Shown here: piece by piece, positions 12,862-23,373 of the stretch
Position numbering within the stretch: the first letter of the stretch is position 1
Layout: each line of letters starts with the position of its first letter
Source of the DNA: Escherichia coli
Lineage (GTDB): Bacteria > Pseudomonadota > Gammaproteobacteria > Enterobacterales > Enterobacteriaceae
Assembly (NCBI RefSeq): GCF_030384885.1
Contig: NZ_CP128613.1
DNA length: 64,000 bases
Strand: one strand, 5' to 3'
Translations under genes and position numbers: made by a program
Notes under the pieces: model-generated
What the model saw: only the letters and a program-made list of their open reading frames with translations
The model's database searches: none
What the model was told of the DNA's origin: nothing

Positions 12862-13528
12862 GCTAATGCTCCTTAATAAAAGCGTAATGGGACGTTAATA
12901 GAGATGAAAGCAGTGGATCTCATTGCCATCTGCATTTTCGCATAGCGTATATCGCTGGCTATGACTAATCAATTAGTGAAAAATTTTTATTTAATCTGTT
13001 TTTGTAGATAAAATATTCCGTAGCGGCGCGTTTTTTGTACATTGTGGATTTTTACATGCTGATATGATTTATTTTCAATTAAATCAATTAGATATGCACG
13101 TATCTTTATTTTCACTAATGAAAGTTTGGGGGTGAGGTAACGCTATAAGCGTAGAGAGTTCGGTGTATGCAGTGACTGGGTCATTTTCAGCATTTTTTAT
13201 GCCAGACAATGTACATTAACAGCAGAAAGCACCAGTGAGTGATGTTTATTTTTATTCGTATATATTGCATTTTTATTCGATTTGGTTTTATCAGGCTTGC
13301 GGGATTAGCGAGCGGCGAGCGCCGCTCTGTTCACCAATAACCGAAATTACTCATCAAATTGGCTAATATATAATCTTGAAATTATTCTGAGAGTTTCAGA
13401 AAATAACAGCTGAAATAATCTCGTGCAGGACTGTAAATAGATTAAATTTTGTGGAAATATAATAAGTGATCGCTTACACTACGCGACGAAATACTTTTTT
13501 GTTTTGGCGTTAAAAGGTTTTCTTTATT

Positions 13529-13933
13529 ATGTCCGTAATGTTACAAAGTTTAAATAACATTCGCACTCTCCGTGCGATGGCTCGCGAATTCTCCATTGAC
13601 GTTCTTGAAGAAATGCTCGAAAAATTCAGGGTTGTCACTAAAGAAAGACGTGAAGAAGAAGAACAGCAGCAGCGTGAACTGGCAGAGCGCCAGGAAAAAA
13701 TTAGCACCTGGCTGGAGCTGATGAAAGCTGACGGAATTAATCCGGAAGAGTTACTGGGTAATAGCTCTGCTGCTGCACCACGCGCTGGTAAAAAACGCCA
13801 GCCGCGTCCGGCAAAATATAAATTCACCGATGTTAACGGTGAAACTAAAACCTGGACCGGTCAGGGCCGTACACCGAAGCCAATCGCTCAGGCGCTGGCA
13901 GAAGGTAAATCTCTCGACGATTTCCTGATCTAA
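13529..13933 (+). CDS. stpA: H-NS paralog StpA
   Basis: 134-aa protein [32 protein letters not shown]... with C-terminal [19 protein letters not shown]-binding motif; long AT-rich upstream region. Confidence 0.92.
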   Translation: MSVMLQSLNNIRTLRAMAREFSIDVLEEMLEKFRVVTKERREEEEQQQRELAERQEKISTWLELMKADGINPEELLGNSSAAAPRAGKKRQPRPAKYKFTDVNGETKTWTGQGRTPKPIAQALAEGKSLDDFLI

Positions 13934-13979
13934 TTACTGAGGCCGGATGTCGCTGCTATGGCGCGTCCGGCGTCGCTTC

Positions 13980-14504
13980 TCAAGCTTGTTGGTTCCACGG
14001 CATCTTATCTAACAACCTTGCCATCCCACAAAAACCGCTAATTCCTGCAAACAGTAACCCGGCACCAACAAAGCCACTTAATAAGAAGAAACCACTATTT
14101 ACGGTATAACCCAGTACAACGCCGATTAATATTAAACCACCCGCGGCGATCTGCACCTGGCGCATTAACGGCAAGGGTTGAGACTTATTTACCGCAACTG
14201 GCAATCCTGCTTTTTTCCAGCCATCAATCCCATCTTCGAGTAAAAAGATTTCTGCGGGTGCGGCAATCGCTGCTAATTTATCGGCGTTATTACTGGTGCG
14301 TTTACCTGCCTGGCAGTGGAATATAATTTGCTCGCGACGTAATTTAGCCGGAAGACCTGACTGTTCGAGCACGGATAATGGAGCCAGATCTGCTTCAGGA
14401 ATATGTTCACGAAGATATTCATCAGCATCACGAATATCGATTAACTTTGCGCCGCGTGCGATTAATTCTTGTGCATCATGCGGCGAAATGGTTGTCAAAG
14501 CCAT
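13980..14504 (-). CDS. ygaP: Membrane-anchored rhodanese (thiosulfate sulfurtransferase) YgaP
   Basis: 174 aa; rhodanese active-site region FHCQAGKR plus C-terminal hydrophobic segments. Confidence 0.88.
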   Translation of the reverse strand: MALTTISPHDAQELIARGAKLIDIRDADEYLREHIPEADLAPLSVLEQSGLPAKLRREQIIFHCQAGKRTSNNADKLAAIAAPAEIFLLEDGIDGWKKAGLPVAVNKSQPLPLMRQVQIAAGGLILIGVVLGYTVNSGFFLLSGFVGAGLLFAGISGFCGMARLLDKMPWNQQA

Positions 14505-14513
14505 AGTGACTCC

Positions 14514-14813
14514 TTACGGACAATAGACATTTTTCAGGGTGGCGATAATGGCATTTACCGCCTCATTTTTAATGGAATATAGAATGCGTTGGGCATCCCG
14601 TTGGCTGTCGAGAAGCCCTTCGTCTCGCATACGAGCGAGATGCTGTGATGTCGCAGAGGCACTCAATCCGGTAATGCGCGTCAGCTCTCCCGCGCTGGTG
14701 CCGGGTGAACCGCTAAGCATGCACAGAATCAGCAACCGTTTGGGGTGGCTCATTGCTTTCAGTAAGGCTGCTGCCTGTTCGGCACTGGCCTGTAATTGCG
14801 CGAGTTCAGTCAT
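14514..14813 (-). CDS. ygaV: ArsR/SmtB-family transcriptional regulator YgaV
   Basis: 99-aa HTH protein upstream of and co-oriented with ygaP. Confidence 0.88.
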   Translation of the reverse strand: MTELAQLQASAEQAAALLKAMSHPKRLLILCMLSGSPGTSAGELTRITGLSASATSQHLARMRDEGLLDSQRDAQRILYSIKNEAVNAIIATLKNVYCP

Positions 14814-14995
14814 AGTTATTTAAGTGTTTTCTAAATTAAGAAAACTCTAAACTAAAAATACAACATATGCCAGCATCAGCCGCGTAAATGAGAGTAAAAG
14901 CGTAAGCTGAAACTGGCAGGCTCCGCTAAAATTACTACGCTTAAGAGATAAAATCTCTTTTTAAACAATGAGTAATTTTCTTATAGGGAGTACAT

Positions 14996-15154
14996 ATGGG
15001 TTTTTGGAGAATCGTCATCACCATCATTCTGCCGCCGCTCGGCGTGCTGCTCGGTAAAGGGTTCGGTTGGGCGTTCATTATTAATATTCTGCTGACACTG
15101 CTTGGGTATATCCCCGGTTTGATTCACGCATTCTGGGTGCAAACCCGCGATTAA
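14996..15154 (+). CDS. yqaE: Small membrane protein YqaE (UPF0057/Pmp3 family)
   Basis: 52-codon ORF MGFWRIVITIILPPLGVLLGKGFGWAFIINILLTLLGYIPGLIHAFWVQTRD with AGGGAG Shine-Dalgarno; not in the ORF track (below length cutoff). Confidence 0.8.
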   Translation: MGFWRIVITIILPPLGVLLGKGFGWAFIINILLTLLGYIPGLIHAFWVQTRD

Positions 15155-15237
15155 ACCTGTCCTCACCCCCGCGGCGTTAACGCGCCGCGTTCCTCTGCTA
15201 CACTTTCTGAGTGTTTCCGTTAACGAATGAGGTAGCT

Positions 15238-15687
15238 ATGGGTCTGTTCAATTTTGTGAAAGATGCCGGAGAAAAACTCTGGGACGCGGTTACAGGTCAG
15301 CACGATAAAGACGATCAGGCGAAAAAGGTGCAGGAGCATCTGAATAAAACCGGTATACCTGATGCCGATAAAGTGAACATTCAAATTGCCGACGGCAAAG
15401 CGACGGTCACTGGTGACGGCTTAAGTCAGGAGGCGAAGGAGAAAATCCTTGTTGCGGTGGGGAATATTTCCGGTATTGCCAGTGTCGATGATCAGGTGAA
15501 AACGGCGACACCAGCCACTGCCAGCCAGTTTTATACCGTTAAGTCTGGCGATACTCTGAGTGCCATTTCCAAACAGGTCTACGGTAACGCCAATCTGTAC
15601 AATAAAATCTTCGAAGCGAATAAACCGATGCTGAAAAGCCCGGATAAAATTTACCCGGGGCAGGTGTTGCGTATTCCTGAAGAGTAG
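15238..15687 (+). CDS. kbp: Potassium-binding protein Kbp (BON + LysM domains)
   Basis: Protein [18 protein letters not shown]...; C-terminal LysM ([32 protein letters not shown]); start at ATG 15238 with RBS. Confidence 0.88.
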
Positions 15688-16350
15688 TTAATTGCCAGCC
15701 ATCGCCTGCTGGATAATGGGAATTGGCGTCAGTAAATGTTGGCGCATTAACTCACTGGCGCGCGCGGTATCTCGCGCCAGTACCGCCGCTGTCAGGGTCT
15801 GGTGCTGATCGTGTTTATCCTCCAGCATTTCTACCGAAAGCACTGTTCGCCGCAGCCAGATAAATCGATAACGCGCCGCCAGATCAAACAACCGTTCACG
15901 CATTTGCAGCAAATAGTGAGAACCACAGCCCGCCACAATTGCAGTATGAAACGCCTGATGACGCAGATCCCACTCATCAAGCATTTTCTCACTGGCGTCA
16001 CAGGCCTCAAGCTTACTGAGCAGATGCGCCTTCGCAAGAACGTCAGCCTCCCACTCATCGCCACCGCGGGCAATCGCCAGACTCACCAGCATCGCTTCCA
16101 TATTGGCGCGGGCGTCGAAAATATCGAGCAGCTCCTGCTCTGACATAGAAGCCACCCGATACCCTTTTTGATTCACCACCGTGACCAGTCGTTCTGCTAC
16201 CAGTTGCGAAAGCGCTTCCCGCAACGGCCCAACGCCAAGTGCATAACGCGATGTCAGCAAACTCATCCGTAATTTTTCATCCGGTTGAAAATTACCGCGA
16301 ATAATATCGTTCTTCAGCCAGCGATAGCCATCCAGAGACGTAATGGTCAT
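15688..16350 (-). CDS. csiR: GntR-family repressor CsiR
   Basis: FadR-like GntR regulator downstream of gabP; start at MTITSLDGYRWLKNDIIRGNF. Confidence 0.85.
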   Translation of the reverse strand: MTITSLDGYRWLKNDIIRGNFQPDEKLRMSLLTSRYALGVGPLREALSQLVAERLVTVVNQKGYRVASMSEQELLDIFDARANMEAMLVSLAIARGGDEWEADVLAKAHLLSKLEACDASEKMLDEWDLRHQAFHTAIVAGCGSHYLLQMRERLFDLAARYRFIWLRRTVLSVEMLEDKHDQHQTLTAAVLARDTARASELMRQHLLTPIPIIQQAMAGN

Positions 16351-16370
16351 GGTGTGACTCCTGATCATTA

Positions 16371-17771
16371 TTAGCGCGTATTATGAACGGGTGTTTTTTG
16401 CCACAATACCAGTTTTTTCCAGCGCGCCATAATCGGCACGGTACAGATTATCCCTATCGCTAATAAACCGGTGGAGATCACTTCTAACTGTTGCGCCGGG
16501 CGGAATAGCATCACTACCAACACAAAGGTAATAAAGCCGATTACCAGCCAGGTGAGCCACGGATAAAGCCACATCCGCAGGCGAATTTCGCTTCCTTCTG
16601 CTCGCAGAATTTTGCGCATCCGCAATTGTGAAACGGCGATGACTAAATAAACCAGCAGGGCGATAGCGCCGGAGCTGTCGATCAGAAATTTAAACACTTT
16701 CGCAGGCGCGTAATAGTTAACCACCACCGTTAAAAATGCCGCGCCGGTGGAGAGTAATACCGCCACATACGGGGTTTTACTGCGGTTGATTTTACCCATT
16801 ACCGCGGGAGCATCACCGCGACGGCTTAAGGAGTAGAGCATTCTGGAAGCGGTATACAGCGCCGAGTTCAGGCAACTGGTTACGGAAAGTAATATCACGC
16901 AGTCCATGATTAATTTCGCATGGGGAATATTGAGCAATTCCAGAACCGAGCGATAAGATCCAACGGCTTTCAGCCCCGGCATATTCCACGGTATTAATGC
17001 CACGACGACAAAAATAGAGCACAAATAGAAGATAGAAATACGCCAGATAACCGAGTTGGTGGCGCGGACAATATGTTTTTCCGGCGTGTCGGATTCCGCG
17101 GCGGCAATGGTGACAATTTCTGCGCCCATAAACGAGAACATGGTGATCAACATCGCGCTTAATACCGCACCGAAGCCATTGGGCATAAAGCCGCCGCTAT
17201 CCCACAATCTTGAGATCCCGCTCACTTCGGCATAAGGGTAAAAACCGCTAATTGCGACTGCACCAAGGAAAATAAAAGCCAGGATAGCGATGACTTTGCA
17301 CAGCGCCAGCCAGAACTCAAATTCGCCGTAGTTTTTAACGCTTAATAAATTACTGCCAGTTAAGGCGAGGGTAATGACGAGGGAAAATAACCAGATGGGA
17401 ATGCCTGGAACCCACGAGTGCAGGATCATGGCGGCGATGTTGGCTTCCAGCGGGATAACCAGTACCCAAAACCACCAGTACAGCCAGCCGATGGTATAAC
17501 CCGCCCAACGGCCAATAGCTTTATCGGCATAGGTGGAAAACGAACCCGTGTCGGGCGTGGCAACCGCCATTTCCGCCAGCATCCGCATAATCATAACTAC
17601 CAGTAATCCGGCGAACAAATAGGCCAGCAATACCGCCGGGCCCGCTTCGGCGATGGCGACGCTGGAACCAACAAACAGACTTGCGCCGATAACACCTGCA
17701 ATAGACAACATGGTGACGTGGCGTGACTTCAGCCCGCCGCCTAACTCATGTGGTTGTGATGATTGCCCCAT
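16371..17771 (-). CDS. gabP: GABA permease GabP (APC family)
   Basis: 12-TM amino-acid permease; start at MGQSSQPHELGGGLKSRHVTM rather than the ORF-track extension. Confidence 0.9.
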   Translation of the reverse strand: MGQSSQPHELGGGLKSRHVTMLSIAGVIGASLFVGSSVAIAEAGPAVLLAYLFAGLLVVMIMRMLAEMAVATPDTGSFSTYADKAIGRWAGYTIGWLYWWFWVLVIPLEANIAAMILHSWVPGIPIWLFSLVITLALTGSNLLSVKNYGEFEFWLALCKVIAILAFIFLGAVAISGFYPYAEVSGISRLWDSGGFMPNGFGAVLSAMLITMFSFMGAEIVTIAAAESDTPEKHIVRATNSVIWRISIFYLCSIFVVVALIPWNMPGLKAVGSYRSVLELLNIPHAKLIMDCVILLSVTSCLNSALYTASRMLYSLSRRGDAPAVMGKINRSKTPYVAVLLSTGAAFLTVVVNYYAPAKVFKFLIDSSGAIALLVYLVIAVSQLRMRKILRAEGSEIRLRMWLYPWLTWLVIGFITFVLVVMLFRPAQQLEVISTGLLAIGIICTVPIMARWKKLVLWQKTPVHNTR

Positions 17772-18008
17772 CCTGAATCCTCTCGAAAGTGTGACACTTG
17801 GGAGAGCGGCCCGACATTTCCCGCGTCGGGTCACGCGTTTAATTGTTATTGGTTCTTTTTGCCGGAGAGCGGCTCCGCCTTATCCGGCCGACATAGATTT
17901 ATTCCTGTTCACGTACAGATTGTTGGATGCGGCGTAAACGCCTTATCCGACCTGGATTCTCGTAGGCCGGACAAGACGCGAAGCGTCGCCTCCGGCATGG
18001 GTGCGGTG

Positions 18009-19289
18009 CTACTGCTTAGCCTCATCAAAACACTGGCTGATGATCTCCAGACCCTGACGGATCTGAGCGTCTTCAATGGTGAGCGGTACAAGGATGCGCA
18101 GCACGTTGTAATACGGGCCGCAGGAGAGAAGAATCAGGCCTTTATCGCGGGCGCGAGCCACGATCTCGGCGGTGAGTTTTGCGTCCGGTTTACTGTGATC
18201 GCCACCTTCAAACAGCTCTATAGCGATCATCGCCCCCAGCCCGCGAACGTCGCCGATCTCGGTGTGTTTTTCGGCGATCGCCAGCAATCCGTCTTTCAGC
18301 TTTTGCCCCAAATCGTTGGCTTTTTGCAGCAGATTTTCCTGCTCGAATACCTTCAACACTTCCAGCGCTGCCACGCAGGCAATCGGGTTACCCGCATAGG
18401 TACCGCCCAGACCGCCTGGAGCGACGGTATCCATCACTTCGGTGCGCCCGGTGACGCCCGCCAGCGGGAAACCGCCTGCGATCGATTTCGCAAAGGTGGT
18501 GAGATCCGGCGCGACGCCCATTTGCTCCATCGCAAACAGTGTGCCGGTACGCCCCGCGCCGCTTTGCACTTCATCGGCAATCAACATGATCCCGTGCTCG
18601 TCACACAGCGCGCGTAAACGCTGCATAAATGCAGGTGTCGCGGCGTAGAAACCGCCTTCACCCTGAACCGGCTCAATCACGATGGCGGCGATATCTTCCG
18701 GCGCAGCGTCATTTTTGAAGATCCGATGAATACTGGCGATAGCGTCATCTTCACTGATGCCGTGCAGCGGGCAAGGATAAAGCGCGCGATAAACATGGCC
18801 CGGCATCAGGCCCATGCCAGCAGAGTACGGGTTCACCTTACCAGTCAGCGCCAGCGTGTAGTGCGTGCGCCCGTGATACGCGCCGCTAAAGGCGATGGTA
18901 CCGCTACGTTTGGTGGCGGCGCGGGCGATTTTCACCGCGTTTTCCACCGCTTCGGAGCCCGTGGTGACCAGCAGCGTTTTTTTGGCGAAATCGCCTGGCA
19001 CCTTCTGATTCATAATCTCGCACAGCGCCAGATACGGCTCGTAGGCCAGCACCTGGAAGCAAGTGTGCGACAGCTTTTTCAACTGCGCTTCCACAGCCGC
19101 CACCACTTTCGGATGCAGGTGCCCGGTATTGAGCACCGCAATCCCGCCCGCGAAATCAAGATACTCACGGCCTTCAACGTCCCACACCCGGCAGTTTTCT
19201 GCGCGATCAGCGAAAATCGGGTGAATTTGCCCAACGCCACGGGGAATCGCCTGACTGCGGCGTTGCATTAACTCTTTATTGCTGCTCAT
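18009..19289 (-). CDS. gabT: 4-aminobutyrate aminotransferase GabT
   Basis: 426-aa class III PLP aminotransferase. Confidence 0.92.
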   Translation of the reverse strand: MSSNKELMQRRSQAIPRGVGQIHPIFADRAENCRVWDVEGREYLDFAGGIAVLNTGHLHPKVVAAVEAQLKKLSHTCFQVLAYEPYLALCEIMNQKVPGDFAKKTLLVTTGSEAVENAVKIARAATKRSGTIAFSGAYHGRTHYTLALTGKVNPYSAGMGLMPGHVYRALYPCPLHGISEDDAIASIHRIFKNDAAPEDIAAIVIEPVQGEGGFYAATPAFMQRLRALCDEHGIMLIADEVQSGAGRTGTLFAMEQMGVAPDLTTFAKSIAGGFPLAGVTGRTEVMDTVAPGGLGGTYAGNPIACVAALEVLKVFEQENLLQKANDLGQKLKDGLLAIAEKHTEIGDVRGLGAMIAIELFEGGDHSKPDAKLTAEIVARARDKGLILLSCGPYYNVLRILVPLTIEDAQIRQGLEIISQCFDEAKQ

Positions 19290-19302
19290 TCGCGTTCTCC
19301 AG

Positions 19303-20751
19303 TTAAAGACCGATGCACATGTATTTGATTTCTAAATAATCTTCGATGCCATACTTCGAACCTTCACGACCCAGCCCCGAGGCTTTTATGCCGCCGAACG
19401 GGGCCACTTCATTGGAAATAATGCCGGTATTGATGCCGACGATGCCGTACTCCAGCGCCTCGCCCACGCGGAAGACGCGGCTTAAATCACGGGCGTAGAA
19501 ATAGGCGGCAAGACCAAACTCGGTGTCATTGGCCTGCGCAATCACATCGGCTTCATCTTTAAAGCGGAACAGCGGGGCGAGGGGGCCGAACGTCTCTTCT
19601 TTCGACACTTTGGCGTTGGCAGGAACATCCACCAGAATGGTTGGCTGGAAGAAGTTGCCGCCGCGTTCATGCGCTTTACCGCCGCAAACCACGCGCGCGC
19701 CTTTCTCCAGCGCATCGGCGATATGCTCTTCCACTTTTGCTACCGCTTTTTCATCGATCAGTGGCCCAATGGTGACGCCTTTTTCCAGCCCATCACCGAT
19801 GTACAGTTTGCTCACCGCCTGCTGCAATTTTTCAGCAAAGCGGTCATACACGCCGTCCTGTACATACAGGCGGTTGGCGCAGACGCAGGTTTGCCCGGCG
19901 TTACGGAATTTCGAGGCCAGCGCACCTTCCACGGCTTTATCGAGATCGGCATCGTCAAAGACGATAAACGGCGCGTTGCCGCCCAGCTCCAGCGACACTT
20001 TTTTGATGTCTTTCGCGCACTGTTCCATTAACTGGCGACCAATTTCGGTCGAGCCGGTAAACGACAGCTTGCGCACCAGCGGGTTGCTGGTCAGTTCGTT
20101 ACCGACCGCGCCCGCCGAACCGGTCACCACGTTAAATACGCCAGCCGGAATGCCCGCGCGAATCGCCAGCTCTGCCAGCGCCAGCGCAGAGAACGGCGTC
20201 TGACTGGCGGGCTTCAGCACCATCGTGCAGCCTGCCGCCAGCGCCGGACCGGCTTTACGGGTAATCATCGCCGCCGGGAAGTTCCACGGCGTGATAGCGG
20301 CGGTAACACCAATCGGCTGCTTGATGACAATCAGGCGCTTATCGGCCTGATGACCGGGAATGGTGTCGCCATAAATGCGTTTGCCTTCTTCGGCAAACCA
20401 CTCAATAAATGAGGCGGCGTAGCTGATTTCGCCTTTCGCTTCCGCCAGCGGTTTGCCCTGTTCGAGGGTCATCAGGCGCGCTAAATCGTCCTGATGCTCC
20501 ATCATCAAATTGAACCAGTTACGCAGAATGTTGGCGCGTTCTTTGGCGGTAAGGGCACGCCAGGCGGGCAGGGCGCGGTTGGCGGCGTCGATAGCGGCGC
20601 GGGTTTCATCTGCGCCCATTTTGGGTACGCTACCCAGCTTGTCGCCATTCGCCGGATTGGTGACCTCGATGACTTCGCCATTGTTGGCGTCCAGCCATTC
20701 CCCGTTAATTAACGCCTGCTGGCGGAATAAGTTACTGTCGTTCAGTTTCAT
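19303..20751 (-). CDS. gabD: Succinate-semialdehyde dehydrogenase (NADP+) GabD
   Basis: 482-aa aldehyde dehydrogenase with catalytic Cys region (GQTCVCANR) and ELGGNAP motif. Confidence 0.92.
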   Translation of the reverse strand: MKLNDSNLFRQQALINGEWLDANNGEVIEVTNPANGDKLGSVPKMGADETRAAIDAANRALPAWRALTAKERANILRNWFNLMMEHQDDLARLMTLEQGKPLAEAKGEISYAASFIEWFAEEGKRIYGDTIPGHQADKRLIVIKQPIGVTAAITPWNFPAAMITRKAGPALAAGCTMVLKPASQTPFSALALAELAIRAGIPAGVFNVVTGSAGAVGNELTSNPLVRKLSFTGSTEIGRQLMEQCAKDIKKVSLELGGNAPFIVFDDADLDKAVEGALASKFRNAGQTCVCANRLYVQDGVYDRFAEKLQQAVSKLYIGDGLEKGVTIGPLIDEKAVAKVEEHIADALEKGARVVCGGKAHERGGNFFQPTILVDVPANAKVSKEETFGPLAPLFRFKDEADVIAQANDTEFGLAAYFYARDLSRVFRVGEALEYGIVGINTGIISNEVAPFGGIKASGLGREGSKYGIEDYLEIKYMCIGL

Positions 20752-20773
20752 CGCTACATCCTGTTTTCAAAGG

Positions 20774-22042
20774 TTATTGATTAAAGGCGGCGTGTAAGGC
20801 ATCCACACTACGTGCCGCTCGCAGCGTGCGTCCGGGGTTACTCTGGCTTGCCAACAGCGTTTGTACCTTGCTGACAATATGCGCACCAATAGGAATTGCT
20901 GATGTCGCTGCCGGGGAGGGCGCATTGCAGGTGTGGATCGTGCGCGGGGTGGTGACAAACAGAAAATCGTCAATCAGCTTGCCGTCCGGCGATACTGCCT
21001 GCGCCCGCACACCGGCGGGCCAGGGCTGGAGATCGCTTAACGAAAGCCCGGGACAATACTTTTGCACCAGCCGCAGATAGCCGCTTTTGCACAGCGAGTT
21101 TTTCATCTCGCCCAGTCCTGAGCGTAGATGGTTTTGCAGCACCCGGCGAATCCCCGACGAGCCCAAAATTTCCAGCGTGTCGCTAAATGAGAAGTCGCGC
21201 TTGCGATAGCCTTCGCGTTTGAACGCCAACACCGCGTTTGGCCCAACGGTCACGCTGCCGTCGATCATCCGGGTGAGATGAACGCCTAAAAATGGCATTG
21301 CCGGGTCGGGAATGGGGTAAATCAGGTGGTTAACAATCTGGTTATGCGCCGGGGCAAGGCGGAAATATTCACCGCGGAACGGGCAGATGATAAAGCCCGG
21401 TTCGAGGCCGAGCATTTTCACCAGCCGGTCAGCCATCAGCCCGGAACAGCTAATCAGCGTCGATGCTTCATATTCACCGCCCTGACGGGTCCGTATCACC
21501 ACGCCGTTTTTATGCTCACTGAGGGCGCTGACTTCGGCGTTATAAATAATCTCACCGCCTCTGGCCTGGAAGATTTTTGCCATCGCCGCTGTCACTTCGC
21601 GGTAGCTGACAATACCGCTGGACGGCACAAAAATGCCGCCAAGCCCGGTGATATTCGGTTCGCGCTCGCGCAGTTCCTCGGCGTTTAACCACTCGCGCTC
21701 GATCCCGTTCGCCGCCGTGCGTTCCCATAAAGCGCGCATCCGTTCCATTTCGAGTTCAGACGTGGCGACCAGCATCTTGCCGCAGTTGTCGTAGCGAATG
21801 CCGTTTTGATCGCAAAAGGCTTTAGTGGCGCGGTTTCCCGCCAGGCAAAACTGCGCCTTCAGGCTGCCGGGCGTGTAATAGACCCCGGCATGGATCACGC
21901 CGCTGTTGTGGCCCGTCTGGTGACAGGCCGGGCCGGACTCTTTTTCCAGCAACGCAATACGGGCGTCCGGATAGACATCAATCAGTTGCATGGCGGTCGA
22001 CATGCCGATGATGCCGCCGCCAATAATCACAAAATCATACAT
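20774..22042 (-). CDS. lhgO: L-2-hydroxyglutarate oxidase/dehydrogenase LhgO
   Basis: 422 aa, N-terminal FAD-binding GxGxxG (MYDFVIIGGGIIGMSTA). Confidence 0.9.
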   Translation of the reverse strand: MYDFVIIGGGIIGMSTAMQLIDVYPDARIALLEKESGPACHQTGHNSGVIHAGVYYTPGSLKAQFCLAGNRATKAFCDQNGIRYDNCGKMLVATSELEMERMRALWERTAANGIEREWLNAEELREREPNITGLGGIFVPSSGIVSYREVTAAMAKIFQARGGEIIYNAEVSALSEHKNGVVIRTRQGGEYEASTLISCSGLMADRLVKMLGLEPGFIICPFRGEYFRLAPAHNQIVNHLIYPIPDPAMPFLGVHLTRMIDGSVTVGPNAVLAFKREGYRKRDFSFSDTLEILGSSGIRRVLQNHLRSGLGEMKNSLCKSGYLRLVQKYCPGLSLSDLQPWPAGVRAQAVSPDGKLIDDFLFVTTPRTIHTCNAPSPAATSAIPIGAHIVSKVQTLLASQSNPGRTLRAARSVDALHAAFNQ

Positions 22043-22061
22043 CCGCTCAATTCCTTTGCGC

Positions 22062-23153
<1,092 letters not shown>

Positions 23154-23373
23154 TTATTGTGATCAAAAGCAACAAATTAGTAACATTTAATGTAGGGTAT
23201 TAAGGCAAAGGAGACAGGAAATGAATAACTAAAGCAACAGGTTAGGGAGAGCTACCATCAGAGAACAGATTATCTGGTCGATAAAAAACAGTAAATGGCT
23301 TCACTGCAAAATGACCGTTAGTAAACTAAACATATCATCTGCCCCGTTTTAGCGGGGCAGATATAACATTAAA

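Noticed and set aside
17763-18617. 284-aa plus-strand ORF
   Set aside because: Runs antisense across the gabP start and gabT C-terminus; GC-rich shadow ORF with no recognisable motifs; the opposite-strand genes are clearly real.
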